The notes beneath the pieces are model-generated. The model had not been told where the DNA came from, did not search any database, and worked only from the letters and a program-made list of their open reading frames with translations. DNA of 63,986 nt, the filler included, from Elsinoe ampelina (taxonomy: Eukaryota): assembly GCA_010093995.1 (NCBI GenBank). It is 4 parts of 4 records of this genome, joined end to end, with 100 filler letters (N's around TTAATTAATTAA, not from the genome) between each part and the next. Parts side by side here need not be neighbours in the genome. Positions count along the whole stretch, not along the records: positions 23,485 to 41,784 come from ML992562.1; positions 41,885 to 60,069 come from ML992563.1; 2 more parts are not named here. The stretch is one strand, 5' to 3'. A program made the translations under genes and the position numbers. Positions within the stretch are counted from its first letter, which is position 1. Each line of letters opens with the position of its first letter. Shown piece after piece: positions 36,455 through 49,361 of this stretch.

Positions 36455-38178
36455 TCATGACGATTCCCACGGCAGTCCAAATGTACCGACCCAGTCCTCA
36501 ACCTCATGTCGAAGTCCGACAATCTCGGTGACGTTTTGACCATCGCCGACAAACTCGTTGAAGCCCTTGACGGTCAGAGACTTCTTTCCTTCACTCTTTG
36601 CCTTCTCGGTGCCCTTCGCGTCCAATGTCTTTGCGATCTCCACTGCTCTGTGTACCACGTCGGCGACTCGCTTGAAGTCATCCTCGTGCAGTCCACGAGT
36701 GGTCATTGCAGGCGTGCCCATTCTCAGTCCACCAGGCTTCATGGCGCTCTTGTCTTCAGGTACGGTATTCTTGTTAGCAGCAACGCCAACCAGCTCGAGG
36801 ATACGCTCGACCCTGGCGCCGTCTATCGATCGATCCTTGAGATCGATGAGAACGAGATGGTTGTCGGTACCGCCAGAGACAATGTTGTATCCAAGACCAC
36901 CAGAGGTCTTTGCGTCACCCAGCCGTGATGCGAGAGCCTTTGCATTCAGGAGCACCTGCTTCTGATAGTCCTTGAACTCTTGACTTTGTGCTTGCTGCAA
37001 CGCGACTGCCAGGGCAGTAATGGTATGGTTGTGGGGTCCACCTTGGTGACCGGGAAAGACGGAGGAGTTGATAGGCTCCTCGAGGTTGTACAGCACCTCG
37101 TTGCCCTTCTTATCGACACTGCGCACACCCTTGCGGAAGAAGATCATGGCTCCACGAGGGCCACGTAACGACTTGTGAGTGGTTGTCGTGACAATGTCTG
37201 CATGTGGGAACGGAGATGGGATCACACCACCAGCAACAAGACCGGAGATATGGGCCATGTCAGCAAGCAGGTATGCTCCAATGTTGTTGGCAATCTTGCG
37301 CATGCGAGTGTAGTCAATCAGTCGCGAGTATGCAGAAGTACCAGCAATGATGATCTTCGGGCGGTAGAGTGTTGCGTGCTCTTCGAGCTTGTCATAGTCG
37401 ATCAGACCCGTCTTCTCGTCCAATCTGTAAGGGAATGTCTCAAAGTACTTTGAGATGGCCGAGATCTTCTTGGTGGGTGTTTGATAGCCGTGAGATAAGT
37501 GTCCTCCGTGGGGCAGATCCAAGCCCATGATCCGATCATGAGCGTTCAAGACGGCCGAGTATGCGTAAAGATTGGCAGGTGAGCCAGAGAGGGCTGCCCG
37601 GAAGTCAGATGTGTCCCTCGACAGCCTGCTCTGGCATATGCATACCTTGCACATTGACACCCCATTCTGCCGGGTTGAGGCCGAATGTCTGCAGAGCCCG
37701 CTCTTGACATAGTCTCTCGGCTTGGTCAATGTACTCGTTTCCACCGTAATATCTTGCGCCGGGGTAGCCTTCGGAGTACTTGTCTGCAGCACGTCTTAGC
37801 ATACTGTATGGGAACCTCGCCAGGAGCTGCCCTACTCTGCATCACACTGCCGAGAGCCTCGAGTACGGCCTGCGACGTAAAGTTCTCGGAAGGAATGAGG
37901 TTGATAAAGTGCTTCTGCCGTCTCTTTTCGCGCTCGATGATCTGGAAGATTGCTGGATCCGAGTTCTCGAGGTTCGATGCCAGGAGCTAGAGCTACAGTC
38001 AGTAAACACTCAGCCATGCAAGTCATGTAGCTCATCCCACCTTGTGTTGCTGGTCCGTCGACATTGCCCGCCGCCACTTTTGTGCTTGAGCATATCGACA
38101 CGTCTGCAGAATAGGTCGGCTAGCTGGCGTAGCTACCAGTGTAACGCTCTTCCCGAGAGCTTTCCTGGCCGACGACAT
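36455..38178 (-). CDS. SHM1: Serine hydroxymethyltransferase, mitochondrial (multi-exon)
   Basis: [39 protein letters not shown] site [12 protein letters not shown]; Arg/Ala-rich presequence in exon 38178-38041. Confidence 0.95.
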
Positions 38179-39549
38179 GTTGGCAAATCGAGACTTTGCA
38201 CAGTCAACAGCAGCGATATTATGGAGAGGTGTTGTATCTTGTTTGAACCCCGTCGGCTGCCGTCGGGATACTCGATACCGTCGAGGCAAGAAATTCCCCG
38301 ACCACCCAACTGGGACTAGCTTCGGGATGTCGGCCTTTGCCGCGTGAAGCGACGGTGAGCTCTTTCACGCGTTTGCCCATCGCTCTCTCTCCCTCTTTCT
38401 TCTTCACACAACTAAATCCAAGATGATGAGCTGGCTTGTATGGCAGACGAACGTCACTCGACTGGCTTCACGCTGGTATCGATGTGGTTGTTGTTGCTAC
38501 GCTCAGAGCCCACCGAACCACCTTTGAATGGGCGACGAGACCTTCTGATTGGAATCGCGTTGTGTACTAGGGCAGTCGTGCAGCTGTTACGCGTGGCGGA
38601 CGACATCTGGCCTCATTCGAGGCGTATTCATCCATCGATTGACGAATTACCTTTGGCGACACACCCAATTCTGCAGGTGATCCTTCGTTGGATGCCGGCC
38701 AAGGCGGAAATGGCAGAAGGAGACCCTTTTCTGACTCAACGGATGATTGACACTGACGCTGCTTCCGTACCAGCCAGACGAGGCAAACACAGACTTTTTT
38801 TTCCACTCCGGCGGATATACGCCGACTTGATGTCGCTGTTCGGCATGCTCGTCCGACCGAGGATGGCATGGCATGCTCAGGCCTGCGTAAGCCTCGCAAG
38901 GACGTCCAGGAACGCTTTCTTGTCACCGTCGAATACTTCCGGTTGCGGTATCAAAACGGCTCCAGATTAAGACAAAGCTTTACGGGCACCACCCAAGACG
39001 GTCGAGATTCCAATCGGTGCAGCAAAAAAAAAACTTAGGGCAATATTGTCAGTGCTGCATCACCGACAGCTAGCCCTGCACTTGTTACTGGCATTGACCC
39101 TGAAGGACAAGGGTAAGACTAAACGCTGAACATTAAGTTACCTGTACATCAGACCCTGTCTTTACCATCTGCGCCCGCGAGCTGTTAAAAATCCTACCTT
39201 ACCGCACCCTTCTTATTTTTGGCCCTCTTCTTTCTTTCCGCCCCGTTCGAAATACTAATTACGGCTTCTTTATCGAGACTATCAGGAGTCGTTGTCGGCA
39301 GCTTTGACAATCATCTGTACCTTGCATTCTGAGGCTCTTCCGGCTTTTTTTTTTATCCCCGCAAAACTCGCATAGGTTGACCGTGATCGACAACTATTGC
39401 AAATCACTCCAAATCAATTGCAAGAGTACCCGACCTCGCCTGAAATTCATCATCATCTGGCCTTGTTGCTCGTCAACTATCTTCGGCTTGAATAATAACT
39501 ACATGTGCTGCAAGACTTAGCCGTTCCCTCGAGATTGAGATAACACGCT

Positions 39550-40954
39550 ATGGCACCGGAAAGGAAACGAGCAGTGCGATCGATCCAGGCCCAATTGGCG
39601 GATGAATTGGAGGAAAAGAGGATCATCAACCCTCGCAAAGCATCATTGCCGCCTCAATACTCAGCAAGTGGTCGCCCCATTCGAAGGCCTTCGAAAAATG
39701 TCAAGGAAACAGCCTTTGCAGATTCCACCTTTGCAATCAGCGACGAGTCCTCAGCAAGCGAGATAGAGGTCGAGACTGTCACTACCGCACCCTCACGAAA
39801 ACGCAAACGGACACCTCCACCTGCATTGACCCCTGCTCGCCTTTTGGAGACGTCAGCCCGGAGCACACCCACTCCACCTAATGCTATCGACGAGACCTCT
39901 TACTCCAACTCAGTCCCAAAGCTGTCCACCAATCCTAATCAACCATTCTCTTTGACCTTTAATATTCCACTCGGCTTCCAAGGGCCCCTCACGATCAATA
40001 TCGACGCCAATGATTTGATAAGATCTTCTCAAACTCAGGCACCGTCATTACCTGTCTCGCAACACGCTATGCCGCCGACTGAAAAGGCTTCGGTGATCAG
40101 AAAGACGACAGAAGTCACCAGCAGATCTCTACCCGGAAAGGTAGGCTTCCTCGATCTGCCACCAGAAATCAGGAACGAAATATACCGTGCAACCTTCATC
40201 AAGGATCAACGACGTTTCAATTTCAGCACACCTAGCAATTTTCAAAGGACGACGGCTCTTCTTCGAACATGTCGGCAAGCTGCGCATGAAGGTGCCAGCA
40301 TGCTATATTCGGAAAGTGAATTCTACTTTCGCCGCAGTACCAGTTCTCGCACACCTCTGTGGACAACGGACAGCAAAGAGATTGGATTCTCTGACGTGCA
40401 CCGATTTCTCAAAATGATTGGACCGTCGAATGTAGCTCGTTTGAGGCACGTATTCTTTCTTCTCGAAGATGCTGTACCTTGCTTGAATCCGCAATTCAAG
40501 ACTGCAGAGGAACGAAGATATGTGCACGATGAGCATCTCAAGGCCGCGATTCGGCTCATTGCAGACCATGGCCGTCTGCAGACCCTCAAGCTTGTAAGCA
40601 CACATCGCCGAACTCGCAATCGCATTTCCCGCTAACTCTGTCCAGGGCTTCTTCGGCCGCCGCAACATTGCCGAATCCGACAGCAACTTCCTCAACGAGA
40701 TCAAAGCCATCAAGGCCGACAGCGTTGAAGTGCTAGCCCGCCGCTGCCACCCCGACTGGCCACGACTCTACAGCAACCTCCAATGGCCCAAAATCTTCTT
40801 CCACCTCGCCCTCGACGTCAAGACTGCTGTGACGAGAAAGAGAAAATTCTACCCACCCTGTGCACTAGGCAAGAAAGATTTCTTCGAAGAAGACACAGAC
40901 GAAGAGACACGCGAAGCCAAACTCTGCGCCGACTGCGGCGACATCCACGTCTAG
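39550..40954 (+). CDS. Fungal protein with F-box-like FLDLPPEIRNEIY motif; exons 39550-40593, 40646-40954
   Basis: FLDLPPEIRNEIY...LLRTCRQ...E...LY pattern; GTAAGC...CTAAC...CAG intron in frame with ORF 40730-40954. Confidence 0.82.
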
Positions 40955-41011
40955 GTTCCCCCGGTCTCCCCACCCTTCAAGATCAGATAGTGCTCAATCA
41001 AATCTCAATTC

Positions 41012-41701
41012 CTACAAACTCATCCCACTATCCAACAACAAATTCTGCCCGGTCATGCTCTGATTCCTCGCCAACGCCGCCACCTGATCCGCCACGTCCT
41101 CCACCGTCGCCAACCTCCCCAGCTTCGTATTCTTCCTACTCTTCTCCCTCTTCTCCTCGGGGAACTTCATCCCCCACTCGGTCAACAACAACCCAGGACT
41201 CACACTGTTCACCCTCACGTCCGGCGCCATGATATTCGCCAGGCTCTTGCTGAGATGAATCGCCGCCGCCTTTGTCACCGCGTACGGCAGACTGCTCCCG
41301 CTAGGCTTGACCCCCGCGATCGACGCCGTGGTGACGAACGCCCCTTGGGTCTCCTTGAGGGCGTTCCGCGCGGCGTACGCCAGCCACAGGTGCGCCTTGA
41401 CGTTGTACAGGAAGCAGCGGTCCCAGTCGTCGTCGACGAGTTGTTCGTCGAGGTTGAAGAAGTCGGTGACGCGGGTCCAGCCGGCGTTGGAGACGACGAG
41501 GTCCAGCCGGCCCATGGTGGATAGGGTTTGGGTGATGAGGGAGTCGATGGCCGGGCGGGAGCCGACGTCGGCTTGGATGGCGTGGAAGCGGGGGGAGGCT
41601 GGGGGGGAGGATGAGGGGAAGGATTTGGGGGACGGCGGGATGGTGGTGAGTTCGTCGATAAGGGTGGTGGCGCGGGTGGCGTTGTTGGCGTAGTTGATTA
41701 C
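41012..41701 (-). CDS. Short-chain dehydrogenase/reductase, 5' exon(s) lost in gap
   Basis: VINY, SNAG, YAVTK (YxxxK), VRVNSVSPG, TGQ motifs; acceptor CAG at 41704-41702. Confidence 0.92.
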   Translation of the reverse strand, partial: VINYANNATRATTLIDELTTIPPSPKSFPSSSPPASPRFHAIQADVGSRPAIDSLITQTLSTMGRLDLVVSNAGWTRVTDFFNLDEQLVDDDWDRCFLYNVKAHLWLAYAARNALKETQGAFVTTASIAGVKPSGSSLPYAVTKAAAIHLSKSLANIMAPDVRVNSVSPGLLLTEWGMKFPEEKREKSRKNTKLGRLATVEDVADQVAALARNQSMTGQNLLLDSGMSL

Positions 41702-41726
41702 CTGAGGGGGGGTTAGTTGGTGGGAT

Positions 41727-41784
41727 TGGGGAGGAGGGAGTGGTTGTGCATGGGGAGGAGGGAGTGGTTGTGCATGGGGAGGAG
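41727..41784. repeat. 24-bp tandem repeat TGGGGAGGAGGGAGTGGTTGTGCA x2.4 in SDR intron at contig end
   Basis: Directly visible. Confidence 0.85.
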
Positions 41785-41884
41785 NNNNNNNNNNNNNNNN
41801 NNNNNNNNNNNNNNNNNNNNNNNNNNNNTTAATTAATTAANNNNNNNNNNNNNNNNNNNNNNNNNNNNNNNNNNNNNNNNNNNN
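41785..41884. other. Artificial contig-join linker N44-TTAATTAATTAA-N44
   Basis: Same structure as 23385-23484. Confidence 0.97.
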
Positions 41885-42358
41885 AAGAAGGTAAAAGTAT
41901 TATATAAAAGAAAAGGCTACTACTATAAGTATAATAAAGAAAGGAGAAATTATAAAGAGGCTAGCTAGATACTTATATCTCTTTAATTAAGACTTATAAG
42001 CTAGTCTATTTATATAAATAATAGCTACCTAGCTATTATTAATAGTTACTATTATTGCTAGTAATTATAAGCTAAACTAATAGTAAATTCTTACTAATGA
42101 TTAGCTAATACTAACAATTATAAGCAATTATAAAGAGATAAAGTAATAAGCTAATTACTTTACTTATATATAATAGGATAGTTCTCTAGCTTTAATAATC
42201 TATACTAGAGGGGGAGTATTATAATAGAAGGCTAGTATAGCTTCTCTAGTACTAAAGAACTAGTACTAATAAGTCAGCGTACACACAGTAGATAAATCGG
42301 TTATTATAACTCTCTGAATGAAATACACGTCTCTCGATCCGATTTGCCAGTTACAACA
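41885..42358 (+). mobile_element. RIP-degraded 3' end of an LTR retrotransposon, probably Ty1/copia: PPT 42208-42216, 3' LTR 42217-42358
   Basis: AT/TpA-rich; GAGGGGGAG followed by TATTATAA (RIP form of TGTTGTAA), whose inverted complement TTACAACA ends at 42358. Confidence 0.7.
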
Positions 42359-43855
42359 AAGGAGACTTCCGCCCCGCCCCAAATCCTCCCGGAAGCAAGA
42401 TATACCCCCTCCCCGCGTCCCGCTGCAAGCACTCTAATCACTTCGACCCTGCTTCGATCAAGCTTCTACGCAATCAATCAAACGTATTTAACCAAGCTTT
42501 CCTCCGCGTCGCGGGCGGGAGAAGCTCAAGTGGTTGCGCCCGCCATACCTCAAGCCCAACACGGGCAGTAAGGGTCGTTGACATGGCCTACTAACCTCCA
42601 GTGCCATCCGCATACCACACAATATATACAAGAGCGGAGAACTGTCTGCATGGTAACTGTCCAATCGCAGCGTAAGGCAGGGCAGTCGACGTTACACTCC
42701 CCCCCCCCTCCCTCCCAAAAGCCACAATGCGTCACACCATCACACGTCCGCCAAGCCCTGACCACCATGCAAACCGCGAGTAGCAGACTATCATTGGCCC
42801 GGATCTCAAAACATGCATCCCCCGAGCGGACTTGCAAGGATGTCTGCGCCTGCGCCTGCGCCGAGCTGGACAGTAGCGAAGAAGCCTTGACCAGTCTGCA
42901 GGACGCGTGCATGAAGGTGGGGTGGAGTGGGGGACGACGTGCGGTGCGGTTGCGGTCGCGGTGCGTTGTTCACCTCACTTTTTGCGCACGCCGCATAGAG
43001 GTAGGAATCGGGGGGGGGAAGGAGGGTTTCATGTTCTTTGTCGGAAGGTCTTTGGGGACGATCACCGGGGAGGGGGGGAAGGAAGCATGCTTGGATCGGG
43101 GAGGGGATCTGCGGTTTCATCAGGTAGGAGCAAGTGGTGAGTGAATGCTGGGGTTTGGGGTGTTTGGACCAAGTATTGGTATGGCGGTTTGGGATCGAGG
43201 TAGGTGGGAAGTGCTTCTGTATCGCTTCTATAGGGTTGCATGGGAATCGACGGTCCCGGTCTTTTCGAGACTACAGCAGGCGAGCTGGACGCAGACTGTG
43301 AGGATTCGCAAGGATGCTGTAGGTACAGGTAGAGGATGTTTCTTGGTTGCTTCTTTCCGACCTTCGATATCCAGTCATTGTAATGCTCAGTCCTGCATTT
43401 GCATGCCTTAAGTATCTCACATTCCGCGCTCTTGTCAGTCCGAACTTGCTTGCACCCGACATCCCCTTCCGTCTCCTGAATCTTGCCCCTCGCTGCTCCT
43501 ACACTGCTTTTAGACGCCTCTCGTGCGACTGCCGAAGCTGCCTAATAGAAATTAAGATAGCTTCCGCGTCAAGCTGGTGAATTGCATCTCTGTGTGCTGC
43601 GGACCGATAAGTTGGTCAAAGAAATCCTCCTCCCCTTGTCCTCCCAATTGTCGATGTCGATTTGGATGATAAAAGAATGATGACGCTGCACTGAATTGAT
43701 GCTGCTGAATGCTGAAGGGTATCTTGTGAAGACTCGCGACGCAAATTAGGAGCTGCTTTCCGTGATGATCGCGCATCACACTGCTCCTGCTCCAGACTCC
43801 AAAAGTAGAAACGAGTGTCAAGAATGATATACATGAAGGTAGTCGAAATGTCAAA

Positions 43856-45168
43856 TTAGCCATTGCCGTGGTATTGACCATATGAGTAGCTAGGCTGTCC
43901 AGCAGGTCCCTGATACTCCATAGGCATGTGCTGAGTTTGGGTCATGCCTGGTTGTGGATAGCCAGTTGAAGTTGATGGTTGGTTGAAAGGCGGCGCAAGT
44001 GCTGGTCGTGGCATCGAAGCTTGCTGGTTTGGTGGCTGATAGTTCTGACCTTGTTGGATGTGACCAGCCTGCACCCCGTATGGCGCGTGTTCCTGCGATT
44101 GTTCGTGTGAAGGGGCTGGATTAGCTGGACTTTGCATCGAAAGGTTCGAGAACTCGGCAGAAGGTGTACCCAAGGGTGCGCCATAATTCTGCTGTTGAGA
44201 CTGTGTTGGAGGCACAATTGGGTAGTGCCCTGATTGCATGTGACCTTGAAATCCTGCTGGTTTGCTTGACGCGGTGTAATTGCCTGATTGCTGATTGGGA
44301 TCCATGATATAGTTGTAACCCTGATTACCACTCCAGCCAGGACGCTCGTGCGCGCTAGGTGTCGAATAAGATCGCTGTGATTGATCCATGGAATTCTGGG
44401 CGCTTAGAGAATGACCTGATGACCCAGTAGAGACTTCAGATGGATTCCTCCATGACACACTCCTGGACGGTTCAGGGCGAGATTGGTTGGACACATTGGA
44501 CTCTGTTGGTGAAAAAACACCAGGCTGTGATTGTTGTCTCCAGGCTTCAGGACGCGATGGTTGACCGCTCGAGGGTCCAGACACACTGTGTCTTGCAGCT
44601 TGTGATGCTGGTCGTGATATTTGCTCCGAGGTGAACTTTGTTTGTGGGGATGTTTGTGCTGAATGACCAAGTGCAGAGTCTGTGGGTCTCGCTGTTGTTT
44701 GTCAGTCTACTTCTCGAAGAATCACATGCTGAAAGACGGCAAGACTGCAGACACGTGTGACTCACACTCACTGTTGCTGGGCAGCTGCATTAGAAACGCG
44801 TCATTGCCCACGCGACTCCTGAGGTAAGCATTCTCCTGCTCTAGCTCCCTGACCCTTGCCTGGTTGGCAGCAAGCACGCGATCGCGCTGTTCAGAGATAC
44901 CAGTGTACTCTGCGACTTTGCGTTCCAAGCTCTCAATGTGCTCCTTGGTGCGAAGTCGAATGGCGCGCTGTGCTTCCCTATCGTTGGCGCGCTTCCTCTC
45001 CAATTGAGCGGCAGATAAATTGCTGACACTACGAGTGCCCGCCCTGGAAGCTCTCTTCCTTGGTTGGGAAGAACTGCCAGAAGGCTTCGACTCTGACTCT
45101 GAGGAGCCATACCGCTTATTAGAGTCGTCGTCGGGTTGAGACATGTCGGGCCCAGGATACTGACTCAT
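43856..45168 (-). CDS. Fungal bZIP transcription factor (KRANDREAQRAIR type); exons 45168-44772, 44691-43856
   Basis: Basic region QLERKRANDREAQRAIRLRTKEHIESLE plus zipper; GTGAGT...CTGAC...CAG intron joins to Q/P/S-rich ORF 43856-44584. Confidence 0.9.
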
Positions 45169-48100
45169 GACATGTCGAGTCGCGGACGGTGTACCAGGAT
45201 TGAGGTCGGCGGGAGGTGAGAAACTTGGTTGGGACGAGTCGCACTAGGGTTGACGTTCCTCGTGAAGTCAGGTCGAGAGTAAAAGTAGAGTATAAAAAAA
45301 TGTCTGTGATCTCGGCGGTGAAGAGACGAGATAGCCAGATGCGGCGACCAGAAGGCTTGGGTACAGTATCAAGAAAGAACCTTTGACACAAAAGGTGGCG
45401 CCCAAACAGGTGTTGGCTTTTTGGGAGAGCTTCGAGTGGAGAAATAAGGTATGGCTCGAGCAGATGATAAGTTTCGACGCTCGCGTGGCACGAGGCTGGA
45501 GTCGCACCCTGCACCAGTCGGAATGGTCGCCCGGGGATGTCAGACGGCGGTCAGACGGCGGGAGATGGAGAGGAAAAAGAGTCAGGAAAATGAAGACGAG
45601 TCGGAGAGGAGATGGTAAAAGCGGTGGCTGAAAGGGTTGTTGTTGGAGGGCCCGCGCAGGCAGTAATAACGAGATGATGCCCTGCTGGGCCTGCTGGAAC
45701 CCTCCTGGAGATGACAGGATAGGTGATCTGCCTCAGCGAGCCTTTTGACGACTGAGCTCCGGGATGGAACCAACGTTAGTGCTGTGGACGAAGCTTGTAA
45801 GCTCGAGAAGGCGAGGCCGGCGGAACAATGTCAATCTCTCCTGCGCCAGAGCCAGCGCGAGCCAGAGCCAGAGCCAGAGCGCCGGGGCTCCTCCCTCCAA
45901 AGACTGGTGGACAAAAGGGCGGATTGACAGACACGCGCACCTCCCGGGCTCCACGAAGAGGGAGAATTGGACGAATGGGAGCAGGCGAGGCACCTGAGAA
46001 CCAATGAGGTGGCCGGGGGGGACCGTCAAAGAATGGTCCTGATGTGCGGATAGCGTGCGAAGACAATTGGGGATATGACAGGCGAGGCAAAGTCTATTTG
46101 GCCCTGCTTCTCCTTCTCCATGCTCGAGGGGGACAAGAGCGTCAAGAGGCTTGACTCGGGATCCCACGTGGAAGGTCGGCAACCTAATTCACGCTGCCGA
46201 GGCCACGGCGAGGACTGTCTGACAGGAATATGTCGCTCGCTAATCACCATTTCACACCCACGGGAGGCATCCATTGGGCGCAGGCGGGAGCGGCGACGGG
46301 TCAAGTGGGGACTGCGTGTGGGAGAGACAAGAAGAAATCGGCGCAGAGGGCAGAGATCAGGGCACAAAAAACATGGACCACCAGGGCGGGAGAGATAGGG
46401 AGATGAGATGAGTGGGAGGCGAGGCGAGGCGAGACTCGAGAGGCGACAGGCGACGACAGGAGAGACAAGACAAGACAACCACTCCCATCGAATGAGAAAA
46501 CGCCATAGCTCCCCGCGGGTGGCAGATTGATTACAGCAAAGTACGGCATGATGTTAAAAATAATATAGCAAAGACGTGAGGTGATGGTGGTCAATTTCAC
46601 CAACGCGCCCTTACGGCCTGTCTAGCGGAGCTTGGTTTATTCGCTGGGAAGAGACCCGGATAGCGGGCGGATCGAGTAGGAGGAGGACAGTAGTCAGGGC
46701 CTGAGATGCTTCTTGCTCATCACACAGAACCTTGGGCCTCAGACATGCATTCTCCGCAACACCATGCTCACACTACAGTCCTGTACATACCTCGCTTGGC
46801 TTCACCTGCGGAGGCGGCAGAGGTCGTGGCTGCATGAGCCGGCTGTTTCGAGCTGCTCTGTCGGGACATTTTTTGTGATGAGCTGGAGATTTCCGAAACG
46901 TTGCTGATCTTTACGGAACAAGACACTAGCACTTCTGCCCGACAAGTCATGCGACAGACACAGATCTCTCTCGGCCCGCTTTTTTTTGGAGGAACTGGTC
47001 TCTTCAGGACCTTGGGAGTGGCAGTCTGCCACGCGAACGAGATTGGCCATGTGCTGTTCGACGTCGATCACTGTTGTCTCTCGCACCATCATGAACCGTG
47101 GTTTCCGGAACACAGTCCGCCAGGTCTTGGTCAAATCCGTCCGCGCGTCGACGAGTCGACCACTGAACCAGCTTCTGTTCTTCAACAAGCTTGTCTGAGA
47201 CTCTCAAAGTCAATTGCTCGCCTGGCGTCCAACCTCCCCACTTTGTCATCTTTTCTGACAGTCGGGCCTCAAAGGGGATACTTTCGTTTAAACCTCGGAG
47301 TCAGGGCTTCATGTCGATCACTCTTTGGGACCGATATTGGTTGTTTCCGCTTAGACAAGAATGTTGTTGTACGCGTGTTGGCCGTGTGGAATAGGGGTAG
47401 CCGAAGAATTGACGGGACTGATTGCGACCATTTCGATCAGAAACCTGCAAACGTCTCTGCTTGTGTGCAAGCGATTTGGTAGTGAATAATGCGCATCGGG
47501 TAGCGTGAATTACACCGGGAAGATGCCGGGTTTGGGGTAAGTATAGCACTGGCATGGCACTGATCCCACGACAAGTCTTCTCATGCTCTACGAATCAAGC
47601 CTAAACATGTTCACGAGCAATTCATCCTTTGGCGTCCACCCGATTCAAGACATGTCGTCTAGAATCACGTGGCAGGTGAGCTATGCGCTTTATTAGCACC
47701 CTAGACCTGCATTACTTGGGAAAGTTCATCAATCGACCCAGTGCCGCGGATAACGGACAAAGGTAATGCCCTGTGCACACAGACATCTGAGAAAAAGACG
47801 TGAAACTCATCGAAGATAAGCTGTTCGGACATGGATAGCCCGACGACCGTGGATTTGATGGACAAGTGGGCGGTCATGAAGATCTGGCTCCGATCATGCT
47901 TCCGTGAAGTCGTCTTGCGTGATGCCACATTCGATTCACCTTCCCACATCAGTTCTGCATCACAAACCACAGAGCTATTCGATTCACACGGCCACAATAG
48001 CAAGCGCTGGATCATCGATCTTGATCCTTTCCCAAGTCCGTTTTGACGCGCACACAAGACTACTTGGGAACAGGGAAGAGACATTTCGACCATCCCTGCT

Positions 48101-49361
48101 CTCAAGCGCTCGCTGTTCTCTGCACTACTGCAACCCACACCTCCAGTAGAATTTTCCTGGTGGGGACTCTCAACACCATTGAGACTCCAAAAGGAACGGT
48201 TGTAACCACTTCTGAACCTTGCACTCATTCACCAGACCGTCGAGGTTTTGAGAAAAGGCACTTCGTGTTCGAAGGAGGCTCTGTGACGGAGGGCTGCTTT
48301 GTCCATGGTTTTAGCTAGCGCCGTCGAAACAGACCATCTCCGTATCGCAGCGCAAAAACAGATAGTCGAGGCTCTGGCAGGAGAGGCTGTGCAGCCTGTG
48401 TGAAGCCTGTGCAGTGAAGCCTGTGCAGCCTGTGCTGTTGAGTCCGTTGGGGCAAAGCAAGGCCTCTCGAGGCTACCCATCGTTTGCCGTGGAGAGCCCC
48501 GCTGACAACGCAGAGAAGGCAGCGAGACCAAATCGGAACTCCAGTTTTTCCCGCTCTTTTCTTCTGTGGACGCCATGCCGCGTTCCTGAGCATCATGGCT
48601 TCCTGTCCAATCAGATCCCCGCAGGCTCCATGTTGTGCTTCGATCCCGACAATGCGCTATCCCATTTTAGACACTTCGGGCCGCGATTCAGGAACTGGTA
48701 CCGGTTGCGAAAACCACTCCACGGTCCTCCTCGAACTGTTTGAGAGCAACAACAAGCCCTCAAAACACTCGGGGGAAATGCTCAAAGCACAGCATGTGCA
48801 AAGTGTACGCATACAACCGTTTGTAGACCGTTGCGCGCAGCTACGGACGACGCGCTGAGCCTCTAGACGCGGCAGGTAAAGATGCGTTTATTGCTCCACA
48901 TCACGAAAAAAAAAAGCACAGGTCCGGCCGAAAAAAGAGTGCGTGTTCAGCGCTCAACATGCATAGACTCCTGCGCTAGACCATGTGCGGCGACGGTTCC
49001 TGGCAGGTCTGGCAGACTCACCCATCGAACTGCGGCCTCCCCCCTTGCCTGACATGGCCTTGTACAAAACTTGTCTGGCGCCAGGGCTGCATTCTCTTCT
49101 CTCCCTCACAACCTCACACGCTGACTTGACGTCTAGCATTCATTCCTTCCTTTTGAACAATTGTCACTCTCTTTGACAGCCGCTCATTCTTTTTATCAAG
49201 TTGTGATCAAAGTTTTCACACAATCAGTCTCTACCAATACCAACAGGACTCCAGATCCGATCAATCAACAGCTGACTTTTTTCACATCAACTCACTAGTC
49301 TTCACATCACTCATCGGACAGTCTTCCCTGGTGGAATTTTCTATTGATTCAATCAGAAATC

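Noticed and set aside
38440..38970. 176-aa ORF upstream of SHM1
   Set aside because: No motifs or coding signal that I can support; lies in a divergent promoter region.
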